Shown piece by piece: positions 49,957 to 63,495 of a DNA stretch of 64,000 nt. The stretch is from Octopus vulgaris (lineage: Eukaryota). Below the pieces are notes generated by a model. The model did not search any database and had not been told where the DNA came from. It was given only the letters and a program-made list of their open reading frames with translations. Numbering within the stretch: the first letter of the stretch is position 1; each line of letters opens with the position of its first letter. Position numbers and translations under genes: made by a program. The stretch is taken from positions 71,176,001-71,240,000 of the forward strand of contig OX597822.1 of NCBI GenBank assembly GCA_951406725.2. The letters are read 5' to 3'.

Positions 49957-49970
49957 ATGTGTGTGTGTGT
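49300..49970. repeat. Long (TA)/(TACA) microsatellite expansion
   Basis: Directly visible. Confidence 0.95.
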
Positions 49971-50349
49971 TTACATATCTGTTTATTTGTATGCGTGTAT
50001 GTTTCAGAGGGACTAGGTATTGAAATTGACAGCTCTATAGTTGAAATAGCTGTTAAGGATATAAAGCTTGGGAAAGCAGCTAAACCATCAGGGATTAATA
50101 TTCATGGCAAAGCTGAATATATTCTATGAAGGAGGACATGTACTTGTCACTCAGATACTTCCAGAAGGAGCCATCCCCAAATGACTGACACCATTGTATC
50201 ATCATCACTATCATCATCATCAGCAGCAGCAGCAGCATCGCCATCATCATCATCGTCGACATCAGCCTCATCAAATGCTACTATCAAACTGATCAACTTA
50301 GTTACAGAAGTAAGAGTAGGTGTTATTTCATAAATAATTCTTTCGGATT

Positions 50350-50975
50350 CTGGCACATGGTCAGTTATTTTAAGGGGAGGAGCAGTTAGTTACATCAACA
50401 TCAGTGCTTAAATGGTACTTTATTTTATCAATCTCGAAAGGATGCAAAGCAAAGTGGATCTGAGTAGAATTTGAACTCAGAATCTAACGAGTCAGTAAAA
50501 ATGCTGTTAGTTGTTTTCCCTAACATGCTAATGGGTAGGAGGCCAGTCTATTAGATCGACCCCAGAATGCAACTGATACTTAATTTATCGACCCCGAAAG
50601 GATGAAAGGCAAAGTTGACCTCGGTGGAATTTGAACTCAGAACGTAAAAACAGACGAAATACTGCTAAGCATTTCGCCCGGTGTGCTAATGATTCTGCCA
50701 GCTTGCTGCCTTTCCAAACGGATATATTCTTTTCTACTCTAGGCACAAAGCCTGAAATTTTTGGGAAGGGGGCTAGTTGATTAGATCGACCCCAGTGCGT
50801 AACTGGTACTTATTTAATCGACCCTGAAAGAATGAAAGGCAAAGTCAACCTCAGTGGAATTTGAACTCAGAACATAAAGACAGACGAAATACTGCTAAGC
50901 ATTTCGCCTGGTGTGCTAACATTTCTGCCAGCTTGCTGCCTTAATGTGCTAATAATTCTGCTAGCTCACTACTGC
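50350..50975 (-). mobile_element. Tandem multimer of SINE family B
   Basis: Three reverse-complement units. Confidence 0.8.
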
Positions 50976-51669
50976 CTTGTCATTCTACAAGTAATTAAAA
51001 GGAAAAATTAACTCATATATACCCCTGGTTGCGTTTTCACAATGCAAAACCTGCTCCTACTTGTGTGAACTCATCGGAAAGTATCTAACTGAGCATATGA
51101 GATGTTCAGTAGATAATCAACACCTGTAGCTAACAGTTGCATACTATCCTTCTCTTCCAGATTGTGAAAGCTTACCATAACATTTAATCTAAATACAGTG
51201 AAATTCTAAGACTTCATTTATCTATGGGCATATATAGGTTAACCTAGATAAAATTTATTTCAGAGCTTCTGTCAAGTCAGAGTTCCATTGATACTGTCTT
51301 TTTAAAGAGACAACTACAAGAGAAGTCCTTTGCAAAGAGCAAGCCACTCTATCTAGCACTTGTTGACACAAAGAAATGCATACACTACCTTTGAGTCTGT
51401 ATATTGCTTAGTAGTCTAGAACAGTGGTGTATGGTTGTTGTTGTAAAGGGCGTGGTGGCACACCTAATGCCACTAAATTTCAAGAAAGAGAAAAGCAAAT
51501 GATTTCCATTAAGATTTGTGAGGAGTGGCTATGTGGTAAGTAGCTTGCTTACCAACCACATGGTTCTAGGTTCAGTCCCACTGTGTGGCACCTTGGGCAA
51601 GTGTCTTCTATTATAGTTTCAGGCTGACCAAAGCCTTGTGTGGTAGAATGAAACTGAATGAAAACCATC

Positions 51670-51706
<37 letters not shown>

Positions 51707-51710
<4 letters not shown>

Positions 51711-52925
51711 GGTTGGACAAAATAATGGAAACACCTAGTACCATAGCATCATAATTTTGAAGTATCTATAAAACCATCAAAAGCTTGTTTATTTTTATGT
51801 TTTTTGATTTATTATTAGTATTGGTAAAATTGCTGTTTCTTTTCAGATATTATCAGAAAAAGGTAATCAAAATTCATTAAACTTTCAAAGAGGTCAAATT
51901 GTTGGTGTTCGTATCGTAGGCTCTAGCGTAATGAAAACAGCTGAAATGTTTGGTGTATCAAGAAGTACTGTCTCGAAAGTAATGACAGCCTTTGAGAAAG
52001 GGAAAAAACTCCGGAAGAATACCAAAACTTTCAGATAGGGACTGTTGGACACTTACGCGAATTGTTAGAAAGGATCACAAAAGTACAGCTCCCAAAATTA
52101 CTGCAGATCTTAATGACCACCTCGAGAAACCAGTTTATACAAAAACTGTTTGCTGGGAGCTGCACAAAGCCGGATTTCACAGGAGGGCTGCAATCAGAAA
52201 ACCACTACTTTCAAAAACAAACGTTGCAAAGCGTTTAGAGTGGAGTAAAAACCTATAGAATTAGTCCATAGAGCAGTGGAAGAATGTTATTTTCTCAGAC
52301 GAGATATCATTTACCTTATTTCCAGCCACCGGCCGAGTATACGTGTATAGACAGCCAAAAGAAGCATTTGACCCAAACTACCTTCTTCCAGCTGTTAAAC
52401 ATGGAGGAAGATCTGTGATGATCTGGGGGGCTATATCTTGGAAATCTGCCAGCCCAATGGTTTCCCTTCATGGCAGAATTAATAGTCAAGACTGTTTATG
52501 TATTTTATCTGATCAAATTCATCCAATGGTTGCAGAACTGTTTCCGGAGAGAAACGCTGTCTTTCAGGATGATAATGCACCAATTCACACAGCTGAAGTT
52601 GTTACTGAATGGCACGAGGAACATTCTAGTGAAGTTGAACATCTTATCTGGCCCCCACAGTCCCCAGATCTCAATATCATTGAACATTTATTGTGCATTT
52701 TAGAAAAACAAGTAAGGAGTCGATATCCTTCACTATCACTGCAAGAAGTAGAAACTGTTTTAACTGAAGAATGGAGAAAAATTCCTTTGGAAACAATTCA
52801 AATTCTGTATGAGTCCATATCTTGTAGAATTCAAGCTGTAATCACTGCCAAAGACGGCCCTACCCCATATTAAAATAAATTTGTTTGAAATTTTAAAGTG
52901 TTTCCATTATTTTGTCCAACCCCTA
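51707..52925 (+). mobile_element. Tc1-like (DD34E) transposon, full span but with a pseudogenised transposase, inserted in the TA tract of a family A SINE
   Basis: TIRs cagaggttggacaaaataatggaaacac / gtgtttccattattttgtccaacccct. Motifs FSDE, KHGGRSVMIWG, FQDDNAPIH and WPPQSPDLNIIEHL. Stops and frameshifts. Confidence 0.92.
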
Positions 52926-53925
52926 TATATGTATATATATATATATATATGTGTGTCTGTTTTTGTCCCTCTGATGTTGGCATGTCTATGTCCCTGTAAC
53001 TTGGCAGTTTGTCAAAAGAGACTAATAGAATAAGTACTAGGCTTACAAAGAATAAGTCTTGGGGTCAATTTCTTCGACTAAAGGCAGTACTTCAGCATGG
53101 CCACAGTCAAATGACTGGAACAAATAAAAGAAAAAAATTAATGAGTAATATTTATAATGAATTTGCCATTTTTGATGGGTGTTTAGCACACACCTAACAC
53201 ACCTGGACTATAGGCCCTTAGTCTAGAAGTCACTAAAAACAAAAAAACAAGACTGAAGCAATAATTGTAATATTATGCAAGCCATGTACACTGCCGTTAA
53301 CAATGCCCCCCATCCAGCACCACATGATATCCAGTGTTGGGGTGTTTACATCCTCATATCTTAGTTCAGTAATAAAAACTGATTGAATGAGGCACATGGC
53401 CTAGTGGTTAGAACAGCGGACTTGCGGCTGAGGGATTGCGGGTTCGAATCTCAGATCGGACGAAACACCTAAGCTCCATGTGAAAAAAAAAAGGTGGCAA
53501 GCTGGTAGAAACATTAGCATGCCGGGCGAAATGCTTAGCGGTATTTCGTCTGCTGTTATGATCTGAGTTCAAATTCCACCGAGGTTGACTTTGCCTTTCA
53601 TCCTTTCGGGGTCGATAAATTAAGTACCAGTTATGCACTGGGGTTGATGTAATTGACTTAACCCCTTTGTCTGTCCTTGCCTGCCCCCTCTATGTTTAGC
53701 CCCTTGTGGACAATAAATAAATAAGAAACTGATTGAATGAGAATCAGTAATAGGCTTAAAAACTAATGATTAGGATTGAAATTTTTTAGTTAAAATCCTT
53801 TGAGGAGGTGCTCCAGCATGGCTGCAATCCAATGATTGAAACATGTAACAGATACTACATTCTTATGAAGCGAACATTTTGACCATATGAAAATCACTGA
53901 AAACATTATGCTACAAATAGCAGTC

Positions 53926-54338
53926 GTATCAGGACAATTCCACCCCCCAGGACAATGACCTCCCCCATACAACAATTCCCCCCCGATGGCAACTACGCCC
54001 TAGGAATATTACCCCATTTGATTTATTACCCCCTCTCTAATATATTAAGAAGCTTTAAATCATTGTCTGTTGTCCTCAGGGGTAATTGTCCTTGGGTGGG
54101 GTTATTGTACATGGGGTGGGGGGTAAATGTCCTAAACTCATACACACACGCACACACACAGACATACATACACACACACATGTATATACATTATATTAGG
54201 ACAATTTCCCCTAGGATAATTACCACCCCCACTCCATGTTTAATTACCTCCTCTCCAATATATTAAGAAGTTTTAAATTATCATCTGTTGTCCTAGTCAG
54301 GAGGTTTATTGTCCATGAGGGCTATATGTCCTAGACTC
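53926..54338. mobile_element. Two adjacent MITE-like elements with ggacaatt(n)ccccc / ggg..tgtcct ends
   Basis: Inverted GC-rich subterminal motifs and a shared core aatatattaagaag.tttaaat. Confidence 0.55.
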
Positions 54339-55164
54339 ACCACACTTGATGAATTCTATATCTTTTTAACTTTTACTTGTTCCAGTCATTGGACTGTGGC
54401 CATGCTGGGGCACCGTCTTGAAGGGTTTAGTGAAACAAATTGAGCTGAGGAGTTATTTTACTTTTTTTAAAGCGATGCACTTATTTTATCAGGTCGTCAT
54501 GCTGAACTGCTAAGCTACAGGAATGTAAATAAACCAATAACAGTTGTCAAGCAGTAATAGGGGAACAAGTATAAACACTAAGACACACACACACACACAC
54601 AAACATACACAAGAGGTTTCTTTCAGTTTCCATCAAGCAAATTTACTCACATGGCTTTAGTTGGTCTGGGGTTATATTAGAAGACCCGTATCCAAGGTAC
54701 CATACAGTGAGACTGAACTCAGAACCATGTGGTTGGGAAGAAAACTTCTTACCACACAACCATACCCATAGGTTTGTCTCATACTAAAATATCAGACAAA
54801 TACAAAGATACCTACTTTGCGTTATTGTTCATGCGTAGGTGGTTGATGCTATTGCTTCTTCTTTTTCTTTCTCTTCTCCTTCCTCTAATCAGGACTCAGG
54901 CCATTAGCCACAAAGAATAATCTCTAATTCGAGCCTACTCTAAGCTCTTAAGAATGCATGTGGTGACTTGAAGATCCACCCACCACACGCGATAGACTGG
55001 CGTTTGCACAGGTGTGAAAGCTATGCTGTTATCCTCATTCCGTAAATGGTGGCTTTTAATGGGCGGAGAGCTGAACCACCCTGGGGTACAGAGGATTCGC
55101 AATCTAGACTAGGGTCTGAAAGTTTACCACACCATAGTGGGTTACACCATGGTTTCTCTGCTTT

Positions 55165-55363
55165 GTGGCAGAAGTAGGAAGAAAGAGTGAGAGAAAGTTG
55201 TGGTGAAAGGGTACAGCAGGGTTCACTACCACCCCTTGCTGGAGCCTCATGGCACTTACGTGTTTTTGCTCAATAAACACTCACAATGCCCGGTCTGGGA
55301 ATCGATACCGCGTTCTTATGACTGCGAGTCCCCTGCCCTAACCACTGGGCCATTGCACCTCCA
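55165..55363 (-). mobile_element. tRNA-derived SINE (family D); related head at 53390-53480 (+)
   Basis: Minus-strand head tggcccagtggttagggc...gtatcgattcccagaccgg. Confidence 0.7.
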
Positions 55364-57467
55364 CTGATGTTGTTGCTGTATGCATGAGCATTGAAGACCA
55401 CATCCAAAAGACTCTCTGATTGATTGGCAAGGATTCACTGATCAACATGCTTCAATCACTGGGCTATACATACATTGTTTTCTCCTTTGCCTCTTGTATA
55501 ACCCTTGACAGACAAACAACCACTTTTATTCTGAATAACTAGTTCGATACCCTCACCACCCATGCAAAACCACCTAACCCATGTCACGTCCTTCGATCAA
55601 CCTTACTGCATCTCACTTACCAGAAAAATCTGCTCTAAATACATTGTCCTATCCTTCCTTCACAGTTCTGTAACCCTATGGTGAACCATTCCTTCACAGC
55701 AAACATTGACCTATAAATGTATGATCAAGCTAAACATAAACCGTATCAATCTCCCAAGTTTGAAAGCAAGTACAAAGGTTACATGAAGTGCCACTTCTCC
55801 TTTGACTGTCTTTTTTTCGTATTTAGTCATTATTATTATTTTTTTTTTCATTTTCCTGTGTCTTTGCTTCACAAAATAACTCACAGCTCTTTAACTTTGA
55901 ACTCAGGAACAAAATTTTGACATCCTATCATTGAAACAACCATTATTATGTTCATACAGTTGAAATCCACCAGTACAATATAAAACAACAAACAACAGCA
56001 AAGACATTAATATGAAACAGTGGTAACTACAAAAATTGATATGAAAGCAATAACAACAGAAACAACATCGATAACAACAATATCTACTACAACAACTATA
56101 ACAATAACCATAACAACAACAACAACTATATATCAGCAATAGCAACAACAACTACTGATACGAATCAGTAACAACAACTTCAAAAAGGAAAATAGAAAGA
56201 GGAAATTGTGTTTCTTTGTTCCTTCTTCAGAAAATAAAATTTCTCCAAATCCCATTCGTCTCTTTCTTAAAATAGAGTTTGACAGTTTAGTGAAGTTCTT
56301 CCCTGTAGTTATAAAGGCATATTGCATTGTTCTCTTTCTAAATTGCTACATTGTGCTAGGATAAGGTAAAAAAAAAAACAAAAAAAAAACAAATGAAGCA
56401 AAACAAAACAAAACAAAAAGAAAAAAGACAAAGACCAAAGAAGAAAACAACAAAACTGCATTTATAATAATAACAAAAATAAGAACTACAATGATGAAAA
56501 TGATAACAGTAGTAGTAGTAATAATAGTAATAATCATAGTAGTAATGGTGATAATACAAATAATAACATGATAATAATAACATTATAATAACAATTAATA
56601 ATAATAATAATAATAATAATAATGATGATAATAATAATAATAATGATGATGATGATGATAAAAAAAAAAAAATAATAATAATAATAATAATAATAATGGT
56701 GATAGTGATGATGATATGAATAAAATAATAATAATTTCGATAAACCATGAATGAAAATTTGTCAAGACTAAACTAAAGATATAAAATACGATGTTAAAAG
56801 AAAAGTAAAAAAAAAGAAAAAAAAGGAAGAAATTAAAAACGTAACGTACTTGTCAAAGTCTTTGGGTTTTGCAAAGCTATCAGAAGTTTGCAGGCTAGGA
56901 TACAATGGCGTAGACAGAACTGTAAAAGAATGACGATGGTTTTAAAATTTAATTTTCCAATGTAAATGAACGATATGTATCGAAGGATGAATATATGAAT
57001 ATATGAATGTATGAATTTATGTATGTATTTGTGTGTGTAAATGTGTGTAATTATATATGTGTGCGTTTTTGTATGAGAGAAGTGAGTTGGGAAAAGTGTG
57101 AAGGTGACACTTTGGAAACTTTTACAATCATTTTCTTTACAGAGAGAATTTTCTCTGCCAAATGTTGTGAGCAAAAGGCATGTGAATGCATAGACATATA
57201 TAGATAAAAAAAAATCTTTGTATGTATGTATGTATGTGAGTATACACACACACACACACACACACAGAGCAAAAAACTCACAAGTACATAGCAGATGTAT
57301 GCATATATAAGTTTGTATGTGTATACATATATCTATCTATCTATCTATATATATATATATATACCGGAGTAAACACATAAATGTGAAACAAGGTGGAAAA
57401 AAGAGTACTCAAATACCAGTGGTAGAGTAATATGCTTTATTTTAAGCAGCAGAAAATTCAACAAAAT

Positions 57468-57502
57468 CTGTTACTCTGAGTTTCTCGTCGTTCATCAGAC
57501 AG
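57468..57502 (-). ncRNA. Putative minimal hammerhead ribozyme in a short TA-associated repeat (57365-57510)
   Basis: Minus strand reads CTGT-CTGATGA-acgacga-GAAAC-TCAGA-GTA|ACAG. Helix I is CTGT/ACAG and helix III is ACTC/GAGT. Confidence 0.6.
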
Positions 57503-57635
57503 TTTTTGCTAGAATCTGTGGATTAAAATGTGTGGATTTGAGAAAGGAATATGTTGAATAAAATCATAATTAAATAACCCTCCTGTGTTTTCTTTTACTG
57601 AAAGCCAGAAACTTTTCAACACACCCTTGTGTGTA

Positions 57636-57679
<44 letters not shown>

Positions 57680-57959
57680 ATACACACAAGGGTGTGTTGA
57701 AAAGTTTCTGGCTTTCAGTAAAAGAAAACACAGGAGGGTTATTTAATTATGATTTTATTCAACATATTCCTTTCTCAAATCCACACATTTATTGCAGTGG
57801 TCCTTCAGTTTTTCTAAGCCTGATAAAAGAATTCGAAAGGTTGAGCACCCCAACCAGGCCTTTTGCCGATACCCTCAAAGCCGGGATCTTTTCAGCACAC
57901 CCTTGTATATATATATACACACTATAAATAATATATATACACACATATATATGTATGTA

Positions 57960-58347
57960 CTAGCAGTATCGCCCGGCGTTGCTCGGGTTTGTAAAGGAAA
58001 TAACTATAAAGCATTTTTAGAGAGTTATAGCCAAAAAATAGCAAAAAAAATGGGAAAAAAAATGATGGTAAATTTTTTTTTTGATAGTTAAAAAGGTCGA
58101 ATTGCGTCCCCTAGACCATCTGTGGTTTGTGTTTCTGATTGTCGACCCCATGTCGAATTTATTGATCTTTTTCAGAACTGGGGGAACTTTTCAAAATTTT
58201 CGCTGCGTTAGTTTTGAATTATGACATTGGGCTATGTGTGTGTCAAGTTTCATTAGAATCGGTTGAAAGCCGTGGTCAGGGTGAGGGTACAACCAAACAG
58301 ACACACAGAAACACACACAGACAAACTGCCGTTTATATATAGAGAGA
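57960..58347 (-). mobile_element. Non-autonomous Helitron
   Basis: On the minus strand: 5' TC start, 3' hairpin cccgagcaacgccggg, then CTAG, inserted between A and T. Confidence 0.8.
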
Positions 58348-59169
58348 TATAGATATAATCATCAGCATCATCATTTAACGTTCATCTTCCATGCTAGCAT
58401 GGGTGGAACAGTGTATGTATATATATAGGCGCGGGCATGGCTGTGTAGTTAGGGAGCTTGCTTCCTAGCTACATGGTTTCGGGTTCAGTCCCACTGCGTG
58501 GCACTTTGGATAGGTGTCTTCCACTATAGCCCCGAGCCGACCGGAGCTTTGTGATTGAATTCGGTAGCTACTGCCGTGGGTGTATGTGTGCATATAGCTG
58601 CTCAGTGCCTCTCCGAAAGAGAGAGAGGGATATATATATATATTATTAATTTAAGGGATACAATACATGTCTAAGTGCTACTAATAGTTTTATATGTTGA
58701 GAAATATCTCAAACATATTCATCAGGCACAAACTACATATCCTAACGTACTAAAGCAATTGACTAAGGGGAGAAACATGAAAAAAATTGAGAAGGTAGCA
58801 TATAGAAAACATGAAAGGTTTAAAAAATGGAAAATGAGAAACAGAAAAAGAAAATGAAAAAAACTAAAATGTAAAAAATAAAAGTAGAAATAATACAAGA
58901 GTTATACTCCTTAGACCTTAAATCATAAGGCAAGAAATATATCAAGTTAATCAGGAATAGTTAGAGGTTTCCAGTTCTTCAAAATATATTTACATATATG
59001 CTTGCAACTACTGAAAATTTCAGACCTAGAGTTCAATAAGTACATAGGGATCTTAGATCTGAACAGGATCTGCACACTTTCAGCTAAACAAAGCCTACAT
59101 TTATTTTATCCATTAACATAAGGTATGGATTTCTCAGTTATATCATCATCAGTGTCGTCGTCCTCATCA

Positions 59170-59665
59170 TCATCATTTAATGTCTGTTTTCCATGCTGGT
59201 ATGGGTTGGGTTGTTTGACATGGAACTGTCTAGACTCCAGTTGTCTGTTGTGGCAAGGTTTCTACTGCTGGATGCCCTTCCTAACGTCACCCATTTAACA
59301 GAGTGTAGTGGATGCTTTTTACATGTCACCAGCATGGGTGCATTTATGCAGCACCAGCACAGGTGCTTTTTATGTGGCACTGGCACCTAAATGGACAAGC
59401 CTGTATGTATGGAAGACAGCAATTTTACTCAGCTTGATTCGTCTTATCAAGTACAGCAAATCACCACATCTCGTGGTTCCTTGTCATTTCTTCACTGAGG
59501 CCTGTCGTCCAAAGATCTTTTCTCACCACCTCGTTCCACATCTTCCTGGGTCCACCCATTTCACAGGCACCCTCCACAATTAGAGATTGGCACTTCTTTA
59601 TGTAGCTGTCCTCATCCATATGCATCACATGACCAAACTGGTGCAGTCTTCTCTCTTGCACACAG
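59170..59665 (-). mobile_element. RTE LINE 3' fragment
   Basis: QERRLHQFGHV...GGPRKMWNEVVRKDL plus tail. Confidence 0.8.
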
Positions 59666-59814
59666 AACTTATTTCGAAGCCTGATGCAACTTGTTCTATC
59701 AATGTTTTTATGCTAAAAAAATCTCCAGTTGTCAAGTAGTGGTGGTGGGGTGTCAATCACAAACACTAAGACACACATACATAAATACACACTCACACAC
59801 ATATCTATATGCGG

Positions 59815-59887
<73 letters not shown>

Positions 59888-60051
59888 TATATATATATAT
59901 ATGTGTTATTGTTTCTCTCCTTGTTTCTTTTTGTAGAAGGGCATAGGCTCAAAACGTAAAAGACTTATTCTATTCCTGAGCGTTATACTAATACATCTGT
60001 TTGTTTTGTACACCACCTGTCTTCATCTTTTGTTTTTTCGTGAATTCTCCC

Positions 60052-60087
<36 letters not shown>

Positions 60088-61188
60088 TATATGCATATAT
60101 GACATATATATATATGTATGTATATATGTATGGCAAGCTCCTTTCTGTTTCTTTATACCAAATCCACTCACAAAGATTTGGTTGACCCAGGGCTATAGTG
60201 GAAGACACTCACCCAAGGTGCCACGCTGTGGGACTGAACCCAGGACCATGTGGTTGGGAGGCAAGTTTCTTACCACACTGACATACTTGCACCTATGTTC
60301 GCGTTCCCATCCTGGGAGAATCAAACCCTAGCCGCCTGAAAGAAAGCCATGGAGAAATTACTCTGAAGAGAGGCAAGGAAGTACCATTTCCTTTCGATGG
60401 CCACTATAGTGCAATGGGTCAATGTTGACGTCCAGTTTCTGTTGCCATAAACAGATGAAAGAGATTTTCTCTTGGATAAGACTCCAGGGTATTGATGGTG
60501 ACTTTTCTCAAGGCAATAAATACTGAATTCAGAGCTGCAAGTTAATGAATCATTTGTGAAATTTACTGACTATCACTAATTACTGGAATAAATTTAACCA
60601 TTATGTTAAATGAGCCAGGGAGTGAAGCTCTACATGTTACTAAACCTGCAAGAAATAAATGCCAAAATCGTCTCAAAATTATTCATCACAACATCGCCGC
60701 CATCGTTGTCATTGTCATCATTTTCATCCTCATCCTTCCCCTCCCCTCCTCATCATTAAACATCCACATTTTCATGCTTGCATGGGTCAGACAGAAATTG
60801 TTGAGGCAGATTTTCCATGGCTGGATGCCCTTCCAGTCACCAACCCTCAACCGTTGCCATGCGAGACAATATTTCCCCAGTGGCCAAAAAAAAGTTTTTG
60901 CAGAATATTGGAAAAGAATGAATTCATTTACAACAATCATACTAAAGTCAAAACAAGGAGATACAAACACCCGCGCACACAGACACACACACACATATGT
61001 ATCTTCATTATCATTTAATATCTACTTTTTCATGCTGGCAATGATCAGATGGAATTTGTTGAGACAGGTTTTCTACAACTGGATGCTCTTCCTGTTGTCA
61101 AACCTCACCTGTTTCAAAGCAAGGTAATCATTTGTATGATGATGATGATCATCATCATCATCATTTACAATCATCACATGGTGTCTAG

Positions 61189-63495
61189 CCCTTTAGTGTT
61201 CAGATTAATTTGTGAAATGTGTTGCTTATCTGTTCACATTAATTTTGATTTATTCAGGTTCAAGTAGGTTGTCCACAATGTTTGCTTGTAGCTTTGTTAA
61301 TTTTCTACATACAGATTTGAAACTTTGTAAATGGGTGCTTATATGCCAGTGGTTTATAATTACGTAATTTTAACTGATCTTTCGGATCTTTTCGGTTTGA
61401 ACGGCAGTTTTTAACATAATTTCTAGGTAACTAAAAATTTTTAAACTTCGTATACTGGTAGAATGTGTTTATAAAACATCATTTTTCTCTTGGCTTTCTT
61501 GAGAAAATTCTGTATTTTGTAATATATTTCGTCTTTAATTTCTTGCATTTCGGCAATTTTAACCAATCACTGACGTCCATTTAGGTAAACAACATTCTGT
61601 GCCGTATGAATATGTCCCTCGTTTAAGAAACAGATTGGGTTTATTTACATTTATGAAGAAAAAAAGATACCCTTCCCCCACCTCTAACCCTAACCCTAAA
61701 TCTAAAATAGATTGAAATGCAATAGATCGATACTAGGGTCATAATTATGGGTGACAAATTCATATGACATGGCTAGAGAAAATGGCAGTTTTTTCTAGCG
61801 GTGTCATATGAAATTGTCACCCATAATTATGACCCTAGTATCGATCTATTGCATTTCAATCTATTTTAGATATAGGGTTAGGGTATCCTTTTGCAGCGAA
61901 CACAGTCTGCAAACTCTTTTCCTTCCATTTATCTTTTTCGACTTGATGAAAATCAATATTTTCTCTGTTGACATCCATTTCACTTAATTTTGGTTTTCTG
62001 CCAGTTCTGTTCTTTCTAGAAGAAAACCCTCACGTAACTGAAATGCAATGTCAAACCGAAATTTCAAGTGGTCGTAGTCCTTTGGTGGCGGAGGTACTTT
62101 GTGGCTTTTTACATATACAATATATAAATTTACTATAGCTAAATTAACTAAAAACCACAAAATGTACCTCCACCATTTCTTCCCAGGTCGACTACCTGGG
62201 TAATATGCCCAATATTGGTCGGAGTTATCAACCCACCCATATATTTGTTATAACAAATATTCACGAGGGGTTTCCCCTCAGCACCAACACCAGGTTGTTC
62301 ATTAGAAGACAGAAATAAAATCTGTCTTTTGTCTTTAAAAGCAGTAACCAATAAATTTTCTTTTTGCATTTGTAAAATGTCCACTCATTTTTCTTACCTG
62401 TGTAAACATCGAAGTTTCAACAATATCCCGTCTCCGATTCACAAACTTCCCATACCTTGATCCCCCATTTAGTAGATTTGGCAGGTATGGACTGCCGAAA
62501 ATGTACTCTGCCCTTATAGCCTATCATGGCTTCATCTTACACTGAGATTTTCCCCAGGTAGATACACAGTTTTATAATTATTAACTAGTAAATCGATTAC
62601 AGGACGTACTTTGTACAGGGGATCGTAGTTTGGGTCGTTTTTATTAGGGGTATTAGCAGAATCAGTTAAATGAAAATACTGAGATATTTTCGAATACCTC
62701 GTCTTCGACATTATACTCAAAATATATGGATCGCCATACCTTACATCAGGACTCCAATAAGTTCCACAGTCAAGGAAGCTGTTTAATAACAAGCATAATA
62801 TTAATTGTAAAAAAACGCTCTCATTTCCGCAGTATTAGTTGGCTGCCATAGTGGATCGTTTCTTCCACGAACAGAAATTGGTAAAAAATTAAACGTTGCG
62901 CATATTTGTTTGTTTCCTCCGCAACATTTTCAAAAAAACTTTCGGGTAAAAATAAAAACAGATAGTTTAATGGTTGAGCAACAGGAGGTAAATTGTGTTG
63001 TGGACCATTGTTTTCTGTAAAATCAGAAATAGTGTTTGGTGTTGTAATTTTTGACCATGTTGCCATGTTTACGATATCATTTTCATCACTTTCGTTATCA
63101 AAATGTTCCTCGTCCAACGATTAATAATCACTGATATCGATATCAGATTCATCCGAAGACAAAATACTTTTGTTTTAGTTTATATTTTCTATATCATCAA
63201 TTATAAATCCTTCAAAGTCAGAATCGCTAATTGCTGACGTCATTTCTTTCACAACCAAGGAAAACACTTCTCTTCAAACGTTGTAAAAACCATGTGGTCT
63301 AAACAATTTCACAGTATTTATACTTGAATAAAGACGGGAAAGGCTTCATCTCACATTATCTCAAAGCTACGAGAATTCAATAACGAGATTTGTTCATTTT
63401 TTTAGCGATTTTGTAGAGCTTTCGCATACGGCCGGCTTGAACAAATAAAGGGGAATTAATTTTGGCTGGTTACGGCCGGTTCGAACACTAAAGAG
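61189..63495 (-). mobile_element. piggyBac (PGBD4-like) transposon relic
   Basis: Minus-strand motifs PLNYLFLF...VAEETNKYA, MSKTRY..ISQYFHL.D, DPLYKVRPVIDLL, AMIGYKGRVHFRQSIPAK..KWGIKVW and YNKYMGG. Candidate TIRs ccctttagtgttc (61189) / gaacactaaagag (63495); TTAA TSD not preserved. Confidence 0.85.
61387..61884. mobile_element. Nested MITE-like element with fold-back duplicated end
   Basis: Starts cttttcggtttgaacggcagtttt. The segment 61687-61884 is a near-perfect palindrome. Confidence 0.6.

Noticed and set aside
49314-50023. Long YIYI/CVCV ORFs (also 2072-2564, 9505-10101, 29060-29611)
   Set aside because: Dinucleotide microsatellite translations.
61680-61700. Interstitial telomere
   Set aside because: Only 2-3 CCCTAA-like units, internal to a MITE-like element.
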